Shown: positions 8,331 through 18,106, numbered from the stretch's first letter. The stretch is 64,000 nt of DNA from Bacteroidota bacterium (GCA_018267385.1 JAFDYN010000008.1:62622-126621); one strand, 5' to 3'. Notes: generated by a model from the sequence alone, not told the origin. Program-made: numbers and translations.

Positions 8331-8906
8331 ATGACCACTCCATCCATCCGGCAGAAAGTAGACGACATCTTTGCCCTATACGAAAGGCACGGTGCTGAGG
8401 AGTACTATGGCGAGGCGGTGACGCAGCTGGAGCACATGTGCCAGAGTGCAGAGCTGGCACGCACCGGCGGCTATGATGATGAGGTGATACTTGCTGCTTT
8501 CTTTCACGATATAGGATACCTGATACACAGTCAGAATAAAGATACCATGGGCAACTATGGCCGTACTAACCATGAGAAAGAAGCGGGTGCATTCCTGCGC
8601 AGGATGGGCTTTAGCGAGCGGGTGGCGCAGCTGGCAGAGCAGCATGTCAATGCCAAGCGCTATCTGACCTATGCCGACCCGGCCTACTATGCCAGGCTAT
8701 CAGAGGCGAGTAAGAAGACGCTGGAATACCAAGGTGGCCCTATGCAGGAGGCTGAAGCAAAAGCCTTTCGTGAAGACCCGCTGTTTGACCTCAATATCAC
8801 GATGAGGAAATGGGACGAAGAGGCCAAACTCACCGACCAGCCTCTGCCCGACCTGAATATCTATAAACAGATCGCTATACGCCATCTGGAGCAGCAGGCT
8901 GCATGA
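8331..8906 (+). CDS. HD-domain protein, PhnZ-like (phosphonate-degradation-associated HD family)
   Basis: 'YGEAVTQLEHMCQSAELARTGGYDDEVILAAFFHDIGY' is the HD motif context seen in PhnZ-type mixed-valent di-iron oxygenases/phosphohydrolases. Confidence 0.6.
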   Translation: MTTPSIRQKVDDIFALYERHGAEEYYGEAVTQLEHMCQSAELARTGGYDDEVILAAFFHDIGYLIHSQNKDTMGNYGRTNHEKEAGAFLRRMGFSERVAQLAEQHVNAKRYLTYADPAYYARLSEASKKTLEYQGGPMQEAEAKAFREDPLFDLNITMRKWDEEAKLTDQPLPDLNIYKQIAIRHLEQQAA

Positions 8907-8912
8907 TGCGAC

Positions 8913-10148
8913 TCACTTTGTGAGCACCTCAAAGGACATTGGCGGCAGCTCCACATGATTGCCTGAGATGGGATGGTGAAAGGTAGCGCTGAAATGGCTG
9001 AGATCAGTGCCGGTCTCTACAGACTGCTTGTCCCGTGAGTGATTGAAGACAAAAAGTACCGACTGGCTGAAGTAGCTGCGGCGGATCATAAGGATATCTC
9101 CGTGCGATGCTATATCTGTCTCACCATAGAGCAGGGCCAGCCTATGCGAGCGCAGGTCTGCGAGGCGGGTGGCTATATCCTGGTATTTGCGGTCGCCGCT
9201 GGTGGCAAAGATGCCTGCCAGGCTGCTATCTGCCGCAGGGAGTGGGAGAGCCTCCAGCAGTGCGATGAGCATGATGGCGCGGTCTGGCGCCGTATCTCTC
9301 AGGGCGGCGACACGAGGGTCTACCCTACCCAGAAACTGCAGCGCTGCAAAGACGTGCGCCGCACCATTGGCATCCATAGCCTGGCGTATGGTGCGGGCGA
9401 CGCTATCCATAGGACGGCCCGCCAGATACGTCTCAGCCGGGTCGTGCCGGGGGCGCAGGCCTCCGGTGATCAGAGAGAGCTGGCCGTAGATATGTGCAGC
9501 GCTGATATCTCCGAGCTGTGCGGGGTCATTGACCACCTGGCCGCTATCCAGAGGGATGAGCAGCTCTGCGGCACGGCTCATATCATCATTTGCATAAACT
9601 CTGATATAACTACGCTTCATCTTTTGCGCCTCTGCCGGGATCGTGATCATGAGCTCCTCACCTACCCGCTTGATATAGTCACGTCCCAGCTTATAGTTTT
9701 GCCAGTATACGGCTATGGAGAATGGAGACCTTGAATACTCTGCAGATATCGTGAAGCTGCCACGGCCCAGGCGCGCGGTGTGTAGCACAGGGCTGAGGGG
9801 ATCTATGCCGCCCGAGGCCAGGTGACGCTCCAGTACCACAGAGTAGGCGGTACCGCCTATCCAGAGCTTCATCTCCGCTATCGGTTTGGCCTCTGTGGTG
9901 GCTATCAGAGTGACCTGGTTGAAATGCTTGCGGTCCCAGCTATGTATGAAGCCTTTGGAGAACGTAATGGAGTCTACCAGCCGGTCCTCGCTAATGAAGT
10001 CGCTCAGCAGGAACCGGGCAGTATCGCCCTGCATCCGCAGTGGCTCCAGTACCCGTAGAATAGCGGGGCGGTCAGGAAAGGCTGCGTGGAGATGGGCTGC
10101 TATCGCCACCAGCACCAGCGTGGAGAGAATACGCGAAATGGACTTCAT
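8913..10148 (-). CDS. hypothetical secreted protein
   Basis: ORF 8913..10208. The internal start MKSISRILSTLVLVAIAAHLHA gives a signal peptide. No motif recognised. Confidence 0.5.
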   Translation of the reverse strand: MKSISRILSTLVLVAIAAHLHAAFPDRPAILRVLEPLRMQGDTARFLLSDFISEDRLVDSITFSKGFIHSWDRKHFNQVTLIATTEAKPIAEMKLWIGGTAYSVVLERHLASGGIDPLSPVLHTARLGRGSFTISAEYSRSPFSIAVYWQNYKLGRDYIKRVGEELMITIPAEAQKMKRSYIRVYANDDMSRAAELLIPLDSGQVVNDPAQLGDISAAHIYGQLSLITGGLRPRHDPAETYLAGRPMDSVARTIRQAMDANGAAHVFAALQFLGRVDPRVAALRDTAPDRAIMLIALLEALPLPAADSSLAGIFATSGDRKYQDIATRLADLRSHRLALLYGETDIASHGDILMIRRSYFSQSVLFVFNHSRDKQSVETGTDLSHFSATFHHPISGNHVELPPMSFEVLTK

Positions 10149-10225
10149 AAATTGAATTTGCAGAGGGAAGATAAGGATAGTGGCGGAGATATGGAGGCCG
10201 CCGGCCATCTGCCTGAGCCAAAAAA

Positions 10226-10252
10226 TGGAAAAAGCCGCAAAATACTGCGGCT
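10226..10252 (-). terminator. Rho-independent terminator of dps
   Basis: On the minus strand: agccgca, gtattt, tgcggct, followed by ttttt. It lies about 40 nt after the dps stop. Confidence 0.55.
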
Positions 10253-10289
10253 CTCTTTATCGTAGTTGTTTGACCTTTGCAGTCGGGAT

Positions 10290-10760
10290 TCACTCCAGAT
10301 ATGACCGGAGAAACCAGGCCATTTTCTCATGCTGCTCCAGCAGGCCCGTCAGGAAGTCACCCGTGCCGGCGTCTTTATGCTTCTCTGTAGCGGCTACGAG
10401 ATCATTGCGCAGTACGCGGGCTATGGTCTCATGATCATTTAGCAGGTTTTGGAGCATCTGTTTTGAGTTGGTAGCCTTATCATCTTCCGTCAGGCGCGTG
10501 AGGTTGAGGTATTGCTTCATAGTGCCCACGGCAAAGTGACCCAGTGAGCGGTTGCGCTCTGCTACCTGGTCTATGATCTCTGCCAGCTCTTCATACTGCC
10601 CTTCAAAGAACTTGTGGAGGTCCATAAACTGCGGCCCACGTACATTCCAGTGGTAGTTGCGGGTTTTGGTGTAGAGTACATATTCATCAGCGAGGAGCGT
10701 ATTGAGCATAGTCGATAGGGACTGCAGGTGCTTCGCCGGTATTCCGATATTAGCTGCCAT
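10290..10760 (-). CDS. dps: Dps family DNA-protection/ferritin-like protein
   Basis: 'LNTLLADEYVLYTKTRNYHWNVRGPQFMDLHKFFEGQYEELAEIIDQVAERNRSLG' is the canonical Dps ferroxidase region. The likely start is MAANIG (10760), not the ORF-track start at 10847. Confidence 0.85.
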   Translation of the reverse strand: MAANIGIPAKHLQSLSTMLNTLLADEYVLYTKTRNYHWNVRGPQFMDLHKFFEGQYEELAEIIDQVAERNRSLGHFAVGTMKQYLNLTRLTEDDKATNSKQMLQNLLNDHETIARVLRNDLVAATEKHKDAGTGDFLTGLLEQHEKMAWFLRSYLE

Positions 10761-10915
10761 ATTGTTGTGATGTTTGATTAGATGAGTAGCTAAGGTATGC
10801 ATATAATGATAAAACAAGAAGACACAGATCATCGAAAAAGATGACATACCGCATAGGGCAAAAACAAAAGGCTCACTTGTGAGGCGCCTTTTGCAGTTAT
10901 CTTAGCAGGGATCGA

Positions 10916-11788
10916 TTACTCGATAGTCACCTTCCTGGTCACTGTACCCTTATCGTTTGAGATAGAGAGCAGGTAGATGCCAGATGAGAGGCCGTTGCGG
11001 TCCAGCATCAGCTCGTTAGCGCCATTGTACACCTCTACTTCCTTAGATGCTACTACTGCGCCCAGGAGGTTAGTCATCTTGAGGGTATAGATGCCATGCT
11101 CAGTAGCATTGAATTCAATTTTGGCAGAGTTGGAGAAAGGATTTGGCTGTATGGAAAAATTTAAGATTCTATAGGGATCGTTGACACCGTTGGTATCCCC
11201 TGGAAATTCTTCCCACCCACAATTATCATTGACAGCAGTATAAACGCTACCGGAGTCAGCAGGATCTATAGCAGGGCATTGGCAGTATGGGCTATTGATC
11301 ACTCGTACATGATAGCGCAGGTGATCCAGGACCTCTGCGTCCGCATCGCTGAGGGAGATCGGCGGGGCATCTACGGATACTACGATACGCAGTTTATAGA
11401 CACCTGCAGGTACATGGGTCGCACCATTTATCAAGATCACGCCATCCTGACCGGTCGTAAAGGTATTAGTAGGACTGCTGGTGTGCCAGGTGAGGCCGGC
11501 AGGGAGATAGATAGAGTCTATCCTGAGAGACTGAACGGTCAAACCGCTGAAGCCGCTGAAGTTGTGGAAATAGATGGTATCACTGATCACCGTATCGGCT
11601 ATGATGCAGGGCAGGGCAGTGTCACTCGGAGAGACATAAGGCATCGTGCCCTGTATAGGAGTGATAAAAGTCTGACCACCGTCTACTGACCGAAAAGTGG
11701 TGGAGTCAAAGTACATCGGGTCATTCTGAGCGAAAGAGGCGGCGTAGATGCCGATACACAGGGCTAGCGTGGCCAATAGCTTCTTCAT
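10916..11788 (-). CDS. T9SS type-A sorting-domain secreted protein (paralog 1)
   Basis: Signal peptide MKKLLATLALCIGIYAASFAQ. The C-terminal 'QPNPFSNSAKIEF...YTLKMTNLLGAVV...SGIYLLSISNDKGTVTRKVTIE' is a Por/T9SS C-terminal domain. It is highly similar to the next gene. Confidence 0.75.
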   Translation of the reverse strand: MKKLLATLALCIGIYAASFAQNDPMYFDSTTFRSVDGGQTFITPIQGTMPYVSPSDTALPCIIADTVISDTIYFHNFSGFSGLTVQSLRIDSIYLPAGLTWHTSSPTNTFTTGQDGVILINGATHVPAGVYKLRIVVSVDAPPISLSDADAEVLDHLRYHVRVINSPYCQCPAIDPADSGSVYTAVNDNCGWEEFPGDTNGVNDPYRILNFSIQPNPFSNSAKIEFNATEHGIYTLKMTNLLGAVVASKEVEVYNGANELMLDRNGLSSGIYLLSISNDKGTVTRKVTIE

Positions 11789-11839
11789 AGTGTGATATTC
11801 AAATCTGACATCAATGTAACTATATCCCATTAAAAAAAC

Positions 11840-11866
11840 AAAAGGCTCCCTTTTGAGGAGCCTTTT
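11840..11866 (-). terminator. hairpin terminator after paralog 2
   Basis: aaaaggctcc (11840-11849) and ggagcctttt (11857-11866) form a perfect 10-bp stem with A/T runs on both sides. Confidence 0.6.
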
Positions 11867-11888
11867 GCTATTATTTATCTGAGATAGA

Positions 11889-12740
11889 TTACTCGATAGT
11901 CACCTTCTTGGTCACCGTACCCTTATCGTTTGAGATAGAGAGCAGATAGATGCCAGATGAGAGGCCATTGCGGTCCAGCATCAGCTCGTTAGCACCATTG
12001 TATACAGTTACTTCCTTAGATGCTACTACTGCGCCGAGCAGGTTAGTCATCTTCATAGAGTAGTTGCCAGCCTCAGTAGCGTTGAATACTACCTTAGCAG
12101 CGCCGCTGAATGGATTTGGCTGTACAGAGAGCTCAGTGATGTTGTTAGATACTTCCTTTACACCTACGCCGATAGAGCAGGTATATGCAGTGTATACGCT
12201 GGCAGAGTCAGCAGGATCTATAGCAGGGCAAGGGCAGTATGGGCTATTGATCACACGTACATGGTAGCGCAGGTGAGCCAGAGCTTCTGCATCAGCATTG
12301 CTCAGGTTGATAGGCGGAGCAGATACAGTCACTACGATACGGAGCTTGTAAACGCCCTGAGCTACGTTAGTAGTACCATTCACGAGGATCACGCCATCCT
12401 GGCCGGTAGTGAAAGTATTAGTAGGGCTGCTGGTATGCCATGTAAGGCCTGCAGGCAGATAGAGAGAGTCTATCTTGAGAGACTGGACAGTCAAACCGCT
12501 GAAGCTGGTGAAGTTTTTGAAATAGATAGTATCACTGATAGTGGTACCGATCACGCCGCATGGCAGTGCAGAGTCGCTCGGAGAGAGACCAGGCACAGTA
12601 CCTTGCACAGGTTGGATAGCAGTCTGGCCACCGTCTACTGACCGAAATACATTTGTATCGAAGTACAGTGGGTTATTCTGCGCAAAAGATGCTGCACAGA
12701 TACCGATAGACAGGGCGAGCGTGGTAAATAGTTTTTTCAT
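11889..12740 (-). CDS. T9SS type-A sorting-domain secreted protein (paralog 2)
   Basis: 283 aa. It is collinear with and near-identical to 10916..11788 over most of its length, and carries the same C-terminal T9SS domain ('...SGIYLLSISNDKGTVTKKVTIE'). Confidence 0.8.
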   Translation of the reverse strand: MKKLFTTLALSIGICAASFAQNNPLYFDTNVFRSVDGGQTAIQPVQGTVPGLSPSDSALPCGVIGTTISDTIYFKNFTSFSGLTVQSLKIDSLYLPAGLTWHTSSPTNTFTTGQDGVILVNGTTNVAQGVYKLRIVVTVSAPPINLSNADAEALAHLRYHVRVINSPYCPCPAIDPADSASVYTAYTCSIGVGVKEVSNNITELSVQPNPFSGAAKVVFNATEAGNYSMKMTNLLGAVVASKEVTVYNGANELMLDRNGLSSGIYLLSISNDKGTVTKKVTIE

Positions 12741-12859
12741 GATTGATTTTGGTTTGTTTAATGTTTGTCTAATGTTTCAAAAGTAGGAAAAGAGTTTGTA
12801 TCTGTCAATAACCTTTTCCACAATATTCGGTCAAAACTCATTATCTGCCAATAAAAAAA

Positions 12860-12884
12860 GCCGCTCCATATACTTGGGAGCGGC
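12860..12884 (-). terminator. hairpin terminator after the PKD/T9SS gene
   Basis: gccgctcc (12860-12867) and ggagcggc (12877-12884), flanked by aaaaaaa upstream and ctttt downstream. The flanks make it potentially bidirectional. Confidence 0.6.
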
Positions 12885-12911
12885 CTTTTCTATATGTCCG
12901 GGCGGGCAGGC

Positions 12912-14813
12912 CTATTTCACGACTATGCGGGTGGTAGCTTTGCCACTCACGTTAGACACCGTCACGGTATAGACATCCTTGGCCAGCGCAGATATATCTA
13001 CATTCTCTGCTATCTCGCCGTTTTGGTTTACCACCGTCTGGCGGTAGACCTCCCGGCCTAGCACATCAGCGATACTGATGGTCACATCGCCGGTCTGCAG
13101 TACATTGGCGCGGATGGCAAAGTTACCATTATTAGGATTGGGATAGACGGTCAGGGCCGAGACCTCTGACGGCGTTTGCTCTATGATACCCACTCCGGTC
13201 ACAGTGAGTGGTTGCGATTCAAATTTGCACTGCGGGAAACCATCCGCATATACCGTAGCGGTATATACCCCATTGCCTACTATCGGCAGCACCTGTCCGT
13301 GCTGGCCGGTGATCAGTGTACCATTATAGTACCAGTCTGCTACGTTGCCCGGCAAGAGCGGATTGATAAATATCTGGGCATTATTGGCAGAGTATACCAG
13401 ATTGGCAGAGTTTGGCATCGTGGCACTCACGCTGACACGGTAGTATGGTGTGTCCATGTCTACAGAGCACCCCGTGGTCAGATTGGTGATCTTGACCCGG
13501 ATGAGGCCGGACTGCTTGGCATAGTACACAGAGTCTGTCACATCGAGCAGGTAGGTAGAGTCACTCCACCACTCATACTTCACATTGCTATAGGCGGGTG
13601 TGATAGCCAGGCGTATGGAATCTCCAAAGCACGCCGAATCTGCACTGGCCCAAAGCATCGGCACGGCAGGGCGGCCCTGGATATTTACTTTCAGGGTATC
13701 TACAAAGCTAGGAGATAGCGCCACAGTATCGATGTCCATATAGCCACTGGCATTGCTATTGGCAAAACTCACGCGCTGAGGGAAAAGGTTAGGAGTGACA
13801 TGCATCATATATACCCCTATGAGGTCGTCAGCCCCGCAGATATTGGCCAGGCTGCCTGCATCGCTATCCCATACCTCCAGAGAGAGGGAGTCTGTACCCA
13901 TCGGGATCAGCTGATTGATGTTATTGATAGAGATATTAGAACACTGAGAAATGGTGTTGCTGGAGGTATTGTAGCCCAGCAGCGGGAGCTTGATATAAAT
14001 ATCAGGAGGGGTACCGGTGCAGGAGATATCACAGACATCTTGCCAGCCGCTCGGTACGTTGTATATATACACGTCTTTCACACGGTATTGGTAGTAAGTG
14101 GTCTTGAGCGACACAGGGTGTATACCGGGAGTATTGAAGGTATAAGTACCTGATGGCGCCTGCGATGTAGAAGTTTGACCATTGCCAAAATCCCAGGCAT
14201 AGCTGGTAGGATTAGGGTATGGAGCAGATAGGGTCGCATTGAATCCGAGCGTCAGAGAGTCGCAATCGCTATTGACGTGGGGAGTATAGTTGAATGATGA
14301 GATCGCACCAGATGTATCAGGCAGGATGACCATTGTGTCTTTATATGTCTGGTTTTGCGGACCCGGATCCACATTGCCTATGGGTGTACCTATGGCCAGT
14401 ACGTGTGCCTCTATGTACACTGTGACTGGATAGGTACCAGCCGCCAGCGGTGTGCCACAGAAATTGACACAACCCAGAGAGTCACCGGCAGATACGTTAT
14501 AATCCTGGTTAGCATGATTGAAGTAGGCCGCAATACCTGTAGGAAGGCCACCTACCCCTGTCACTTTGATCTCATTCAGATTGATCTGGCTACAGCTGCA
14601 CTGGCTGAGAAACGCCGGATCATTGATCGTCCGGGGCATGTAGAAGCTGATATTGGTAGTGTAGGGATGGTTTACCATACCTACTGCTGAGTGGCCACAT
14701 ATGCCACCTGCGGGTGCACAGCCATTCATAGATGGCGTGCAGGTCAGACACTGCGCTGACGCAGCTACGCAGAGAGTGGCCATAGCCAGCCAGCTGAGTA
14801 AAAACTTTTTCAT
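12912..14813 (-). CDS. PKD-domain secreted protein with a T9SS type-A C-terminal sorting domain
   Basis: Signal peptide. PKD-like 'YAWDFGNGQTSTSQAPSGTYTFNTPGIHPVSLKT'. C-terminus 'LTVYPNPNNGNFAIRA...ISIADVLGREVY...AKDVYTVTVSNVSGKATTRIVVK'. Confidence 0.8.
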   Translation of the reverse strand: MKKFLLSWLAMATLCVAASAQCLTCTPSMNGCAPAGGICGHSAVGMVNHPYTTNISFYMPRTINDPAFLSQCSCSQINLNEIKVTGVGGLPTGIAAYFNHANQDYNVSAGDSLGCVNFCGTPLAAGTYPVTVYIEAHVLAIGTPIGNVDPGPQNQTYKDTMVILPDTSGAISSFNYTPHVNSDCDSLTLGFNATLSAPYPNPTSYAWDFGNGQTSTSQAPSGTYTFNTPGIHPVSLKTTYYQYRVKDVYIYNVPSGWQDVCDISCTGTPPDIYIKLPLLGYNTSSNTISQCSNISINNINQLIPMGTDSLSLEVWDSDAGSLANICGADDLIGVYMMHVTPNLFPQRVSFANSNASGYMDIDTVALSPSFVDTLKVNIQGRPAVPMLWASADSACFGDSIRLAITPAYSNVKYEWWSDSTYLLDVTDSVYYAKQSGLIRVKITNLTTGCSVDMDTPYYRVSVSATMPNSANLVYSANNAQIFINPLLPGNVADWYYNGTLITGQHGQVLPIVGNGVYTATVYADGFPQCKFESQPLTVTGVGIIEQTPSEVSALTVYPNPNNGNFAIRANVLQTGDVTISIADVLGREVYRQTVVNQNGEIAENVDISALAKDVYTVTVSNVSGKATTRIVVK

Positions 14814-14983
14814 TCTGTTATTTCTTGTTTAGAATGGTAAAGGTACTATTTCCCAACAATATATGAGTAGGTTTTACCAATTAATATCAACTGGCATTTA
14901 ACAATCTGGTGGACACGGCAATTTTTAATTGTCAGAAAAAATCTATTTTTTTAGCACCGGTCAAAACCCAAATAACATATTTT

Positions 14984-17503
14984 ATGCAAAAAATCTTTTA
15001 CGCGCTGTGTTTTACACTGCTCTCTCTAATGACGTATGCCCAAAATGGGAAAATAACCGGTAAGGTAACCGATGAAAAGGGTGAACCCCTGCTCGGAGCT
15101 ACAGTAGTGATAGATGTCTCCAAAAATCAGGCCACTACAGCCGACTATGATGGCAACTATGAGCTGAGCGTACCCGCCGGCACCTATACTGTGGTATACC
15201 ACTCCGTAGGTAAAGAAGACACCAAACTGACCGTGACGCTGAAAGAAGGTGAAAACCAGGTGCAGAATGTGATCATAAAAGATAAGGCCAAAATGATAGA
15301 TGAAGTGGTCGTATCCGGCAGTAAATATGCCAAGAAGCTGAGCGAAGAAACTGTATCCATGGAGGTGATGAAAGGCACTACCCTGGCCAATCAGAATATC
15401 ACTGACCTCTCTACCGGCGTGCAAAAGATACCGGGCGTGACCATAGCAGATGGTCAGGCCAATATCCGCTCAGGCTCCGGCTGGAGCTACGGTGCCGGCT
15501 CACGTGTGGCAGTACTATATGATGGTATACCTATCACTACTGCAGATGCAGATGATGCCAAGTGGTCAGTGATACCTATGGAAAATGTGGAACAGGTAGA
15601 AGTAATCAAAGGCGCCGCATCGTCTCTCTATGGCTCCGGTGCCCTGAATGGTATCATCAATGCGATCAGCGCCTGGCCTACTGATAAGCCATTTACAAAA
15701 GTGACCAGCTACGCCGGCTTCTACCAGGCACCACCCGACAAAGATATGAAGTGGTGGCTGCCCGGCCAGCAGCAGTACTTTATGGGTACCAATTTTGCTG
15801 ACCGACGCAAGGTGGGCCAGTTTGACATCATCACAGGCCTCGGTATCACTACTGACCGCGGCTACCTAGACTCATCTGACGGTCATGACATGCACGCCAA
15901 TCTCAAACTGCGCTGGAGGTCAAAGAAAATAGAAGGCCTCAACATGGGCATCAGCGCATTGGCTTATTATAGCTGGGGCAAGACCTTCTTCGTATGGGAT
16001 AGCATAGGCAAAAAAGGCTATGAGCCACTGCCCGGTACTATCACCATTTATCACAATGGACGCTATATCATAGATCCGTTCATCAACTATTATGATAAAA
16101 AGGATAACAGGTTCACATTCCGCTACCGGTATCTCAACTCCTCCAACATCAATACTACAGGGCAGGGCTCTATAGGCCACAAGAACTACATAGAGTTTCA
16201 ATACGCCAAGATGATGAAGAAGATAGACCTCACCATTATCACGGGGCTGGTGGGCATGTATGACCTGGCCCGCGCGCCCAAAGGCTCTATAGACAGCGCC
16301 TCACTGATAGGCAATCATGACCGTGGCAATGTGGCTGTCTATGCCCAGGTAGACAAAAAGTTTTTTGGCAAACTGAGCCTCACTGTGGGTGGCCGCTGGG
16401 AGTACTTTAATAATGACCGAGATAGCCTGACTACTACTAACCGGTATGTAGTGATAGGTCGTACCAATAGCCTCAGCACTCTGAAGTATCCGCTGGGCCG
16501 TATCGGTATCAACTATCAGGCTGCCGAGGGTACCTTTATCCGTGCCTCAGGTAGCATGGGCTTCCGCTATCCATCTCTGGCAGAGCTGTACGTACATACC
16601 TATGTAGGCCCGCTGGGCGTGTATAGCAATCCTAACCTGAAGCCCGAAAAAGGCTATAGTGCAGAGCTGGGCATCAAGCAGGCATTCAAGATCGGTAGAA
16701 ACTGGATGGGCTATGGTGACGCAGCCTTCTTTGCCAATTATTACAATAACATGATGGAGTTCACCTTCGGACAGTTTGGCAATGCTAACTCTCCGGGACT
16801 GGGTGGCCTCGGCTTCTCTTCTCAGAATATAGGCAATACCCGTATCCTCGGTACGGAGCTGACAGCGGGTATCCAAGGCAAGATCGGCAATTTTGAACTG
16901 GGCCTCATAGCAGGCTACGCATTCACTGATGCCCGCGCCCTGGACTGGAATAAGCGTCTCACCATGACCAATATCTACGGAGATACCATCGGCACACATG
17001 CTCTGGTGCCATACAATGTGGGTGGTGTCACATTCCCGGTAGATGTGCGTACGAGCAATGATGCCAACCACGACCCAGTGAGCAATCCTGACTCCAGCTA
17101 CCTGACATATGCTATGACCTCATCGAGCAAGAGCAACGTGCTAAAGTATCGCTCCCGCCATCAGTTTAAGCTCATCTTTAACGTAGGATATAAGAAATGG
17201 GATTTCAATCTGGACTACCAGTATCTCAGCTTCCAGGAGAATATTGACTATGCATTTATCAGCCCGCTCTTCGCATCGCAGTCTACTGCCTTTGCCGGCC
17301 TGGCCAACTATCGTGCCGCCCAGCTCGCCGCGGGCAGCAAGGGATATAGCATCCTGAACCTATCGCTGGGCTTCAAGCCGGTCAAGAACTTGAAGATGGC
17401 GTTTATCGTCAAGAATGTAGCCAATACAGAGTGGATGACCCGACCGGGGCAGTTTCAAGCACCGAGAAACTATACGCTGCAACTCGTCTACACCATTCAA
17501 TAA
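14984..17503 (+). CDS. TonB-dependent receptor with an N-terminal carboxypeptidase-regulatory-like domain
   Basis: Start MQKIFYALCFTLLSLMTYAQ, followed by 'NGKITGKVTDEKGEPLLGATVVI'. Plug motifs 'EVIKGAASSLYGSGALNGIIN'. A long beta-barrel with an aromatic-rich C-terminus. Confidence 0.85.
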   Translation: MQKIFYALCFTLLSLMTYAQNGKITGKVTDEKGEPLLGATVVIDVSKNQATTADYDGNYELSVPAGTYTVVYHSVGKEDTKLTVTLKEGENQVQNVIIKDKAKMIDEVVVSGSKYAKKLSEETVSMEVMKGTTLANQNITDLSTGVQKIPGVTIADGQANIRSGSGWSYGAGSRVAVLYDGIPITTADADDAKWSVIPMENVEQVEVIKGAASSLYGSGALNGIINAISAWPTDKPFTKVTSYAGFYQAPPDKDMKWWLPGQQQYFMGTNFADRRKVGQFDIITGLGITTDRGYLDSSDGHDMHANLKLRWRSKKIEGLNMGISALAYYSWGKTFFVWDSIGKKGYEPLPGTITIYHNGRYIIDPFINYYDKKDNRFTFRYRYLNSSNINTTGQGSIGHKNYIEFQYAKMMKKIDLTIITGLVGMYDLARAPKGSIDSASLIGNHDRGNVAVYAQVDKKFFGKLSLTVGGRWEYFNNDRDSLTTTNRYVVIGRTNSLSTLKYPLGRIGINYQAAEGTFIRASGSMGFRYPSLAELYVHTYVGPLGVYSNPNLKPEKGYSAELGIKQAFKIGRNWMGYGDAAFFANYYNNMMEFTFGQFGNANSPGLGGLGFSSQNIGNTRILGTELTAGIQGKIGNFELGLIAGYAFTDARALDWNKRLTMTNIYGDTIGTHALVPYNVGGVTFPVDVRTSNDANHDPVSNPDSSYLTYAMTSSSKSNVLKYRSRHQFKLIFNVGYKKWDFNLDYQYLSFQENIDYAFISPLFASQSTAFAGLANYRAAQLAAGSKGYSILNLSLGFKPVKNLKMAFIVKNVANTEWMTRPGQFQAPRNYTLQLVYTIQ

Positions 17504-17526
17504 TACTTGTAGCATAATAGCTGCTA

Positions 17527-17557
17527 AGCCCGTGTGAGATCGCACGGGCTTTTTTAT
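17527..17557 (+). terminator. Rho-independent terminator of the TonB-dependent receptor gene
   Basis: agcccgtg (17527-17534) and cacgggct (17543-17550), followed by tttttta. Confidence 0.7.
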
Positions 17558-17566
17558 TGAAAATTA

Positions 17567-18046
17567 CTAAAACATATTGAGGAGCCTCTTCGCGCTATCC
17601 ATCCAGCGGCGCACCGTGCCTATAGGTACATTGGCCCACAGACGCTCGTGAAGATAGTAGAGCGCTATCTTGGTCAATAGTTCATAGCCGCCGATCTTTA
17701 GTCCCGTGAGTGCATCGCCGGTATACCACCAGCCCCAGAATGCTGTATCGAGCGAGCCTATCATGCGCCACACCACGGCTTTGATCAGGGAGATACCACG
17801 CGTCATGACACGTGCGCCCATCCAGTAGATCCACGCACGCTCGTGCAGGTAGTAGAGTATGATCTTTGAGATAAAATCTGTAGACCCTATCTTGATGGAC
17901 ATGGTCAGGTCTCCCGTCTGCCAGAGAGAAAGTATGGTCGTATCCAGTGAGCCTATGATGCGCCACGTGAATGCCTTGATGGCACTCCGGTAGTTGGATT
18001 CGTTAGCGTCTATAGTCGGGGTTGTATTATTATTTGCTTCCGCCAA
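17567..18046 (-). CDS. DUF2061 membrane protein (two tandem DUF2061 modules)
   Basis: Two copies of 'W R(I/M)IGSLDT....W..TGD......IG..........YYLHER.W'. Confidence 0.7.
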   Translation of the reverse strand: MAEANNNTTPTIDANESNYRSAIKAFTWRIIGSLDTTILSLWQTGDLTMSIKIGSTDFISKIILYYLHERAWIYWMGARVMTRGISLIKAVVWRMIGSLDTAFWGWWYTGDALTGLKIGGYELLTKIALYYLHERLWANVPIGTVRRWMDSAKRLLNMF

Positions 18047-18106
18047 TGTGCAACATTGATTTGCATTCCATTTTCAAATTTCCAAATCAGCACATTAGCA
18101 AATTAA

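Noticed and set aside
9039-9734. 231-aa plus-strand ORF opposite the 8913..10148 gene.
   Set aside because: The minus-strand product has a clean signal peptide and normal composition. The plus-strand ORF is Arg/Cys-rich and has no start context. I therefore kept the minus-strand call, although neither has a recognised family.
12741-12790. 8-bp direct repeat 'taatgttt gtc taatgttt' in the 5' leader region of the T9SS paralog at 11889..12740.
   Set aside because: It is short and AT-rich, and it is absent upstream of the paralogous gene. That makes it weak evidence for a regulatory site.
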